Part shown: one piece after another, positions 55,260 through 64,000 of the stretch
How the letters are laid out: every line of letters begins with the position of its first letter
How positions within the stretch are numbered: position 1 is the first letter of the stretch
Assembly: GCF_009834535.1 (NCBI RefSeq)
Contig: NC_045696.1
Coordinates: forward strand, 23,562,001-23,626,000
From: Camelus ferus
Taxonomy: Eukaryota
Reading direction: 5' to 3'
Length of the DNA: 64,000 nucleotides
Notes under the pieces: generated by a model
Seen by the model: the letters and a program-made list of their open reading frames with translations, nothing else
Database searches by the model: none
What the model was told of the DNA's origin: nothing
Translations under genes and position numbers: made by a program

Positions 55260-55361
55260 GAGGGAGGGTAACAGCTCAGTGGTAGAGCACGTGCTTAGCA
55301 TGTATCTGGTCCTGAGTTCAATCCCCAGTACCTCCATTAAAAAAAGATTTAAAAAAAAAAA
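55260..55361 (+). mobile_element. tRNA-Ala-derived SINE (camelid Vic-1-like), short form
   Basis: gagggagggtaacagctcagtggtagagcacgtgcttagcatgtatctggtcctgagttcaatccccagtacctccatt followed by an A tail; same family as 6500-6689. Confidence 0.85.
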
Positions 55362-56389
55362 GAGTAACAGAGAGTAAGCTTAGCAGTAAATTTCTAATTG
55401 AAAAAATTATAAAAATTCAGCTTTTGTGAAAATTCCATCCAAATACCAAAGTACTATGAATATTTTTCTATCTGTGCCAAAAGAGGACCTCGGTAAAACA
55501 CCAAACTTTGTTTTAACCAACTCTCCTTCCAGTATTAGTATTTGTGTGAACAGAACTCAAGGGCACAAGCGTGTGTGTTAGTGTCAGCCGAGTAACACTG
55601 CAGAAAATTACATGTTACAAAAACCTATAAACAGTAACCTCTAACACTCAATACTGACTAAATTAAAACCTTTTTTTCTGTAAAGTCAGAAATATCTATA
55701 CAAAAACGTAACATTCACCCTAATAAATCTGTCACTTTCTAAAAACTTACATACAAACTACCAAACATTTCTCTGCTAAATCCAAAATAGAGGAAGTCAT
55801 CAACTTAACAATAAATGAGACTTCAAACATTCATTGTTTATCACTCAAAATTCATTTCTTCATCAAAATGATAAACTGAATGACATGAGGCTTCCAAGCT
55901 AGTTCACAGTAGCCAACTCAGCCCATCATCTAACTGAACTACAATGTACGTAAAGATTCTGATTTTAGAAGGAAAAAAAAACTTATTTCACTATTTTCCT
56001 CACCTACTTAAGGCTAAACTTAGGGGAAACACTTTTTTACTTTTAATAAGCCACCCTTATATTTACCACCAGCAAAGATTTACAGGCAGGGAGTGATATG
56101 AGTAAAAAGAATTTTGTTCTGGGGAGTTAGGAGTTAAAGTGTTGAACAAGAGATTGAGAAGAGTTGTAGTAAGAGTATATACCAGGGCAAAAGCAACTGA
56201 AGGAAAAGGCATGCATTTAAAAACTGGTAAAACTGCAAACTAAACGGTTGTTCTGGGAGATGAGGAAGCGCTGGAGGAAAAAAAAAAATCACTGGGTCTC
56301 CAAAAAAGATGGGGATGCCTTTAAGAGAAAAGGGCAAACATGAAGAAAAGGATGTTCTGCAGGAGACTGAAGATGAGAAAAATACTATT

Positions 56390-56760
56390 TTCACCCTCAC
56401 TCTGCTTCAACCATGGTTGTGTCCTCACCATTCACCTCTTGAGCCAAACATACTCCTGCCTCAAGGCCCAGCCTAGGATACACCTCCCTCAGACACCTCG
56501 AGCTCCCCCCTCACTTCACTTGGGTGTCTGTATAATGAGACATTCCCCGACCAAACCTCCATCTAAGATACCGCAGTTGCATCCCTGTCACCCCCTGTCC
56601 CTCTGCCCTGCTCTATTGTTCTTCATGAACTTACCCGACATTATTTATTTATTGTTTACTGTCTCCCCACTCCCAAGTCAACTGAAACATGTTTTGCTTT
56701 TTTTAAATGGCCTAGAAGAGTACCTGATACATATCAGGCAATCAATCAATATTTGTTAAG
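56390..56760 (+). mobile_element. L2 LINE 3' fragment
   Basis: Pyrimidine-rich body ending gcctagaagagtacctgatacatatcaggcaatcaatcaatatttgttaa. Confidence 0.7.
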
Positions 56761-57054
56761 CAAATATAGGTTAATATCTAGACTCTGGAATAGAAACAAA
56801 AAGGAATGAGTCATCTCCACAGTGGCACTAGCAGAATACTTGAGAATATATACTTTATCCATCTAATTTTTTATCTGGTAAAAGGACAAATAGCATAAGG
56901 TATCATGTTAAAAGAATACTTAAAAGTAAAAAGACATAAGCAATGTAAATTGTGTTGCCCACCCCATTCTCCCATTCTCCCCAGCCTCAGTCAGCTCATT
57001 CAAGATCTTCCTACTTTCCCAATCTTCTCACTGCTGAACTCAGATTCTCTAAAA

Positions 57055-57268
57055 CAGTGACATCCAACAGAACTTCCTGTGATGATGGAAATCTATTACC
57101 CGCACTGTCCAATACAGTGGCCACTAGTCACATGTGACTAATATCGAGCACTTAAAATGTATCTACAGCAAGAGGAAAATTGAGTTTCAGTATTATTATT
57201 TAATTTTAATTTATATTTAAATTTAAGTTGCCACATGTAAATATTGGCAACTGTACTGAACAGCTCAG
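57055..57268. mobile_element. MER3-like hAT-Charlie DNA transposon
   Basis: Contains tccaacagaacttcctgtgatgatggaaat...cactgtccaatacagtggccactagtcacatgtg...gccacatgt...tgtactgaacagc. Confidence 0.8.
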
Positions 57269-59080
57269 CTCGAATTGGTCTTGCTCTGTTTTTAATAAAA
57301 GCTGCTAAATTTATTATGGCAGCACTAGTAAGGAAAGTGCTAGTAAAGGAGTCATTCCTGAGTTCTGTCATCTATTTTACTGTGTTTTCCAACTTGGATT
57401 GAGAAAAAAAATAAATAAATAAAGTTAACATCCTATGTTTGTCAACAAAAAAGTACCATGGCTATCATTCTGCCCTAAAATTAAAGAGAATTCAGTTATA
57501 CAAGTAATTCTACAGTGTACGTCTAATATAGAATGCAAATCTAATTGCACCCAATCAGTTACAGGTAACTTTCATATCATTGCAGCACCTCATTTCTAAG
57601 CTTAACACTGACTTTTGGTGCATCATTAAAATAGTTTTATGTATTAGAAGCCTCTACAGAAAGATTTAACTTCCATTTCATTATTATTTTTTCTATGTGC
57701 AGTTACTTATTTAACAAATTTGGTGAATGGGAAAAACATCAGTGTTCAATTAATAAAATCCCAAACTGCTTAACATAAGTGATTTGCTCTCAGCAGGGAT
57801 GAGAGCACTAGAACGGAATCTATTTATCAGTTGTACCTTAAATCACTTTTAAGCTAGCCAGGCAATGTAACAAAGACTTAAAGTTCTAGGACATTTTGCT
57901 CACTTTCTATGCAATCCTTACCAAGTAATTCAAGTTTTTTAGGGGGATTAAAAAATAGTTATTCTAAATTTGTGAAGGGTCAACTACTGAACATTTACTC
58001 CAAATGTGTTATACCAATTTCTCTAAAACTAAAGCCAATATGTGGCATTACTTTCTGTGTCAAAATTACCTACCCAAATCCCTCTTATCTTTTGATGCAT
58101 ACTTTGATTGCTCAATTGTAGCATATCTTGCTCTGGTGGGCATATATTGTTTTTTTCCTGTTTTAATAAAGTTTAAAAGAATTTAATGATCATGACTAAA
58201 AGAATAGTACTATTTGATTTCAAATTGGACAAAAGTCTTGTATGGTCATGTCTATAACAGTCTGCCATGACACAAAAACTTCACACAATCTCTTTTCTGA
58301 TAAAGTCCTCCTATATCTCAATATCCTGCATTGCTTCCTAATCCCCTTTGCATTTTTAACTACAAACTCCCAACGTAATAATTTTATTTTTCATTTAAGC
58401 TGGAGGTGGGAGGCATTCAACCGAGAATCCACAATATCCTGTCTAGAAGGGAGATCCAAGTAACTTTTAAAGTTGCCTCAATTTTTGCTAATAGAACTAC
58501 AAAGTGATTTGAGCCTTTTCTCAGAATTTAACAAAGTATTAAATTACACTAGGGAATGTTACCAAAGCAATACTTCCTAATTCCTTACTATGAAAAAGTA
58601 CAAGCTTTTCTTGAAATGTTTCCTTTTTTTCTCTCAAAACATGAAAGGTAAAAAATACACTAAAGCCAATAATTATCCTATCAACTATTAAAACTGTAAT
58701 TACTTCTTTCACATTAAAGTTCACAAATATGTGTTCTCCAAATCAAGTGACATAATTTGCTGTATCTTCTGATGTACTCAGGTATGCAAAGATGAAAATT
58801 TCCCCACAAACCCAAGTGTGGCTTCTGTGAGGTATCAGTTTGAAAGTTAAACTTTTCGAGTCATTAAAAAACATGTATTTCAGTACTTCTAAAAGACTTT
58901 TAGTTATAAGTTAAATTTCAGCTTATAACAACAAGGAATCGTATTTAGTTAGCATTAAAGATTTTTATTTCAAAATACAGATGTTTTGTAAGCATTACAG
59001 CCAACAGATGACACTTAAAAGTCAGCAAGGCTTTGTTTACGCTTTAGCCCTAGTTCTAACAGATTTCATACTCAAAAAAA

Positions 59081-59111
<31 letters not shown>

Positions 59112-60614
59112 AAGAATAAATTGAAAAAATAAAAAACCCTGCCATAATGAAAAAATTAAGTTCAACTATGGTCAACTTTCAAGTAAAAATGCATTTCACA
59201 CAAAATAGAGAAAATGCTCAAAAAGGGTTTTATATCTGGAACCATCCCTTGAAAACTTCCTCACATTCTGATCACTCCAATACTCTACACTCCTTCAGCA
59301 CTTACACCATTTTTTCCAAGAGGCCTGCATTTGAATATATATTCATTTCAATTATTTTCTATCCTTCCCACAATTTGTCGCTCCAAGAGTTAAAACTACA
59401 CAAAAGACTTCATTTCTCCCCAGCAATTATAGCATAGTATTTTAAGGAATCTGCTGAATGCATGATATCTACTTACTTTCCCAGTTTTACGCCATGTAAC
59501 ACAATTATGATGCTACTAAATTTAAGTGCTGAATCAAGACTATTTCCTAAGGGCAGTTGTACTTTTTAAAACTTTAGAAAATATGGTACAAATTTGTTAA
59601 ATGGAAAAGAACTATTGTTACCTCATTAGCTATTTTTCCCCAGTTTGATACTAATACTATTATAATACAATTACCTCATTATAATTTCTGCAACAGTTTT
59701 ATTTTTTCTCTCAATAATCTCAAGCCAACTTTATGGACAGACACACTAACCAAACTATTCAGTTTTAAATATGAATTAGCAACCTGGTTAGAAGGATAGC
59801 CCATTTTATCAATAAAGAAACCACAACAACAAGCAATTTGTTCTATAAGACAATCAAATGAGTCGAAACCAGAAACTCCATTTCTCTACCATTTCTTTCA
59901 AGTGCAATATAAAAGTACTCAGTGGATATTTTGCAAGAAATACACATATACACACACAACTTTTTTTTTTAATTATCAACAGATAAACAAGAATATGCCT
60001 TCAGAAACCAGGTTGCTTTCTCCCTAAGATCACCTATTAGAGCCTCTTTTTTTGTCCATAACGTTTTCACTATTCCTTGTCAAAAGTCTTGAATAGGTGT
60101 TAACATGTGGCTTAAACAATTTTCTAATTTTCACACAAGGAATAAAATACCTTCCTTCATTTATGACGGTCTGATAATCCTTATTCTCCCTGCAAATCTA
60201 TACACGTTATCTCGTGTCACAAGTCTACTATCTATATTAAGAGTTCACAGCTAGCATTCTAAAATCTTTCTATCCTTTCAACTAGAACATGGAACCATGT
60301 TTAGTTAATTTCCTGTTTCTTTCACGTTAACCAGCTGTCTTCAGTCACAATCATTCTTTTTTTTTCCTTTTTCTACCTAACTAACTTCATTTTCCTCCCA
60401 TGTCTCAGAACCTTGAAAGATCTGAGATGTTCTCTCACACACTAGTTCCTCCTCTATATTTATACCACTTTCATTATACACTTTTCTTTTACAATTCTCA
60501 ACAGAGGAATTATACACTACTCTTTTTTCCAACTTCTTGTAACAAGCTTCTCAACCCTGTTGAGACTTTTTATTGGTTTTGAAAAAGCTTTTTTACACAT
60601 ATTATCAAAAATAA

Positions 60615-61050
60615 CTCAATAAATACTTCTTGAGGAACTATCCTAGTATAACGGTAGGTCTATCGATGGTCTCTTGCCTTGTTAAGTTTCTGGTCTGATA
60701 AGCAAGAAAGGCACAAGCATATAATTTCAAAATAACACAGTATTCGCCAAGACAGAAGTATGGTCTGGGTGTTAGACAAGCACCTGGCTCAATCTAGAGG
60801 CCAGGGGTAACATTCAAGAGCTAGCATCCCCTGAGCTAAGTCTTACAACACCAGAAGAAATTAGACTGGGGATAAAGGCTAGAGGGGATTCCAGACAGAA
60901 GGAACAGCAAGTGTTAAGTCAGAAGACATTAAACAGCACTGGCTAAATAAGAACTTCCAAGCCATTCTGTAGTATCACTGTATAAAGTAAGAGGAGGAAA
61001 ACAATAGAAAATGAAGTTAGAGATGTAGATAGGGGCCAAACACAGTTTGT
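60615..61050 (-). mobile_element. L2 LINE 3' fragment
   Basis: Starts actcaataaatacttcttgag and contains ctgagctaagtctt...ggggattccagacagaaggaacagcaagtg. Confidence 0.6.
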
Positions 61051-62003
61051 CTTGAACTTGAACATAGGAATTGAGTCTGTCTGATATATTTGTAAAAGTT
61101 CTCCCACCACCTATTATCTGTGTAAGATAGAAGTACTCCAGCTGAAATTATTTGAAATTAAAATATTTTTTCAACAAACATTAAACAGTGTCTAATGCCA
61201 ATCAATAGCTATAAACATGTATGTGAATGGGTTTTTCTGGTAGTTTCCTAACTTTGAGAAAGTCTATAAACAAAATCAGAAATTTTCTTCAAATATAAAT
61301 TAGTAACCAAACTTCTCAAATCCAGAATTCATAAAAATATCTACATTTTATATAATAAAGCTATTACACCATATTGAGATAGAGATAAATGAATGTATTT
61401 TGAAAAACTGCTATATAAGCATGAAATATTCATATTACAAAGAAAAACTAGAGTCCCATGTAAAATTTTCCATATGTATGTATGTGTGTATATGTGTGTT
61501 TACTTATTTTGTTACATTGTAATAAACTTTTTTCCAAAGATATTTATTTTGGGGAGGGGTTAGAGTTGAGGAAAGGAAAATTCTATTAAACAGTAAATCT
61601 ATCAATAATCAGAAACAATACCTTCAAAAATAATACTAAGGCCTCTACTAACACTTAAAATCTATAAAACAAATGACTGTGCCCATTTAAATTTCTGTAA
61701 GTTTTTCTTTCTTTAATGAGTAACACCTTTAACTGTTCCATATTTCAAAACAACAAATACTATATGAAATGCTTTATTAAAGGATTTATAACCTAAATAT
61801 AACCTTTCACTCAATTGGAAAAAAATACATAGTAGCTAAGTTAAGTAGCATAAAAACATGTGCGCCTTTCAACCACACCAAAGAGAACCAAGGTTAAAGT
61901 AGTTCCTTTTTTGTCCTTCATCTCTGCTTAAACAAAATATATCCCCAAGAAAAAAATTTCATTACATTCTAATTAAAACATTAAAAAAGAGAAGTAAGCT
62001 TAC

Positions 62004-62148
62004 TTGTGTCTGCTTGACTTCCCACACTGATGTATCTATCATTGCCAGGAAGTGCTGTTTGGTAGTAAGCTGTCTCCTCCTGCTGAGGGGTCTTGGCGTT
62101 CTTCGCAGTAAGGAAGGCCACTGCTAGTTCCAAGTTTCCATTACTATC
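62004..62148 (-). CDS. USP25: USP25 coding exon (human exon 3 equivalent), 145 nt, end of UBA domain
   Basis: tttgaag|GATAGT...GACACAA|gtaag. Translates [48 protein letters not shown], matching USP25; phase 0 to 1. Confidence 0.96.
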
Positions 62149-62979
62149 CTTCAAATATCAAGAACAAAACATCAAATATTTTGGAATAACTCTATACATT
62201 CTCACATGACTTACGTAATTTTCTCTATAACAATGAATATTTCATAGGAAAAATCATTTTCAGATTTAAAATTATTCTGTGATTCCTAGTTTGTTTAAAT
62301 TCACTGTTAACAAAGTATACTATATCAATAACAATTCCTTTTTCTACTAATTAAAACTACTAACATAATGTAAAAATCAATTCTATGACTAATTTCTTAG
62401 GTTTCCATTACTTTTATATCTGCTTAACAATAGTCTAATCATAAACTTGGACTTCTAAACAAGTGAACAAACTAGAGTTTTCTGGAACTTGCCATATAAT
62501 AGAGTGAACACTGAATATTTAAAACAGTGCTTCAGCAAACAGGGATAATAAAGGATGCTCCCTTTAATATGGATGCTGATTGCCTACCTAGAGGCAAACT
62601 AACAAGCAAATATGAAAGACTCATAAGAAAACAGCAAAATAATCTCAAGCTTGATAGAACTAGAAATACTCAACACTGTCAAGATGACAATCCCACCCAA
62701 ATTAAATATATAAATTGTGTACTAGTTCTCATCAAAATATACCTAGACAAAATTATTCTAAAGTTAATAGAAGAAAGCAAATGCCAAAAAACTAGGAGTT
62801 TTTGAAACAGCAAAATAATGAAAAGAGACCTGCCCAGTTATTTCTATGTTCTCTGTACAGTTAACGATAAATATAACACTTGCTCTATGACCGCGAATTG
62901 AAACAGCATTAGGAAATCCAAGTATTAATAATAAAGAATCTTAGTAACAGAAGGCCGAACCCGTAACACTGTGTAGGCC

Positions 62980-63280
62980 TTCAGAACTTCAACACACACA
63001 GGAAGTGTAACAGGAAGCCAGTGGGAAGTTTTGAACAGACAGGACATGGTATGACTTACAACAGGACTACTCTGGCTGTGTGCTGAGAACAGACTACAGG
63101 AGAGAAAGGGCAGAAGCAGAGAGCCCAACATTACTTGCCTATCATATTAAATACAGGGAGTGATAGAAGGAGAAAGACCAGGATGATTCCCAAGATTTCA
63201 GGGCTGAGCAACTAGAAGAACAAAGTCCGCAACCCTAGTAGCCTTTGAGGTGAGAGAAAAATAAGAGTGCTGTTTGAAAA
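62980..63280 (-). mobile_element. L2 LINE fragment
   Basis: Contains ggaagccagtgggaagttttgaacag, actctggctgtgtgctgagaacagact and ggatgattcccaagatttcagggctgagcaact. Confidence 0.65.
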
Positions 63281-63735
63281 GCATGACTGCTTTAAATTTT
63301 GTTATCTGTTACAACCATTATGATTCTTAAATGACGCATCCAAAACACAGGTTTAACATATTCTACAGTTAGATAAGCAAACCAGTAAGAAAATAATTTG
63401 CAATAACAATGGCAAACATTTACTGAGCACTGACTACGTGCCAAGAAACGTGCTAAGTGCTTTCCCTATACTTCCTCGTATAATAATAATAAACTGAATG
63501 AAGCAGGGGTTTACACAACTTGAAGCTCAGTTACTTTGGACGTATAGAGTCTCAAAATAAAATAAAAGTGCTAAAATCAATCAATGGCATTGTGACTCTG
63601 AAAAGCAGACTCCTTGTCAATGTAACGCCGAGGTTCAACTCATTATTAAACACCTTACAAATTTATACCGAGCAACAGTGAAGGTTTAAGCACACTGTTT
63701 TATTCCCCAGATACTGGTAATTGAAACAGAAGTTT

Positions 63736-63743
63736 AAAAAAAC

Positions 63744-63774
<31 letters not shown>

Positions 63775-63776
63775 AG
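63736..63776. repeat. (AAAAC)n microsatellite
   Basis: Read directly from the sequence. Confidence 0.9.
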
Positions 63777-64000
63777 TCCCACAACTGAGCCCAAAGGAAA
63801 TGTGGACAAGAATTAATCTGATTCTTTATGTTTTCTTAACTAAGCATATTCTACATGTTTCCTAAGTTAAAAAAAAAAAAAAAAAAAAAGCAAAATGCCC
63901 AAATTTGCCCTGACAAGGTAACAGTGTAGACTTATAATGATACAGAACAGGAAAGGCCATTTCTGAAATTAACCATGGAATGATTTAGTCATATTTACCA

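Noticed and set aside
55260..55340. Functional tRNA-Ala(AGC) gene (also at 6615-6689)
   Set aside because: The acceptor and anticodon stems are imperfect, an A-rich tail follows, and the first copy has a TSD. These are SINEs.
4369..62148. USP25 as an established pseudogene
   Set aside because: There is only one lesion in 15 exons. All splice sites, the other exon frames and the catalytic residues are intact.
4369..62148. Assignment to the paralogue USP28
   Set aside because: Peptides such as [19 protein letters not shown] and [25 protein letters not shown] match USP25 as I recall it, not USP28.
1020..63131. The many 60-139 aa ORFs in the six-frame track as independent genes
   Set aside because: Apart from ORFs overlapping USP25 exons or L1 remnants, they are short and compositionally biased, often lie in repeats or microsatellites, and show no recognisable domains. 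They are consistent with chance ORFs in intronic DNA.
1..64000. CRISPR array or a novel multi-gene system
   Set aside because: There is no regularly spaced repeat-spacer array and no long intact non-USP25 ORF. The window is explained by one spliced mammalian gene plus interspersed repeats.

Overview
AT-rich mammalian genomic DNA lying entirely inside one minus-strand gene, USP25 (ubiquitin-specific peptidase 25). Two tRNA-Ala-derived Vic-1-like SINEs point to a camelid. I located 15 consecutive coding exons by hand, equivalent to human exons 3-17 (numbering inferred). All have canonical GT-AG junctions. They encode the end of the UBA domain, the SIM and UIMs, and the whole catalytic domain (Cys box, UCID insertion, His box). 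Exons 1-2 and 18 onward lie outside the window. The main anomaly is the exon at 10042-10269. It carries one extra base (CCA G TTC, between the Pro521 and Phe522 equivalents), which shifts the frame and gives a TGA at 10050-10052, upstream of the catalytic His. Every other exon is intact, so this is either an assembly error or a very recent loss-of-function allele. The introns hold ordinary mammalian repeats (L1, L2, MIR, MaLR/ERV LTRs, hAT transposons). They also hold a four-layer nested insertion, a fossil ERVL-type integrase, a 72-bp direct repeat bracketing exon 8, and two speculative cryptic exons. I found no evidence of a novel multi-gene system. Repeat subfamily names and human residue numbers are from memory, not from a database search.
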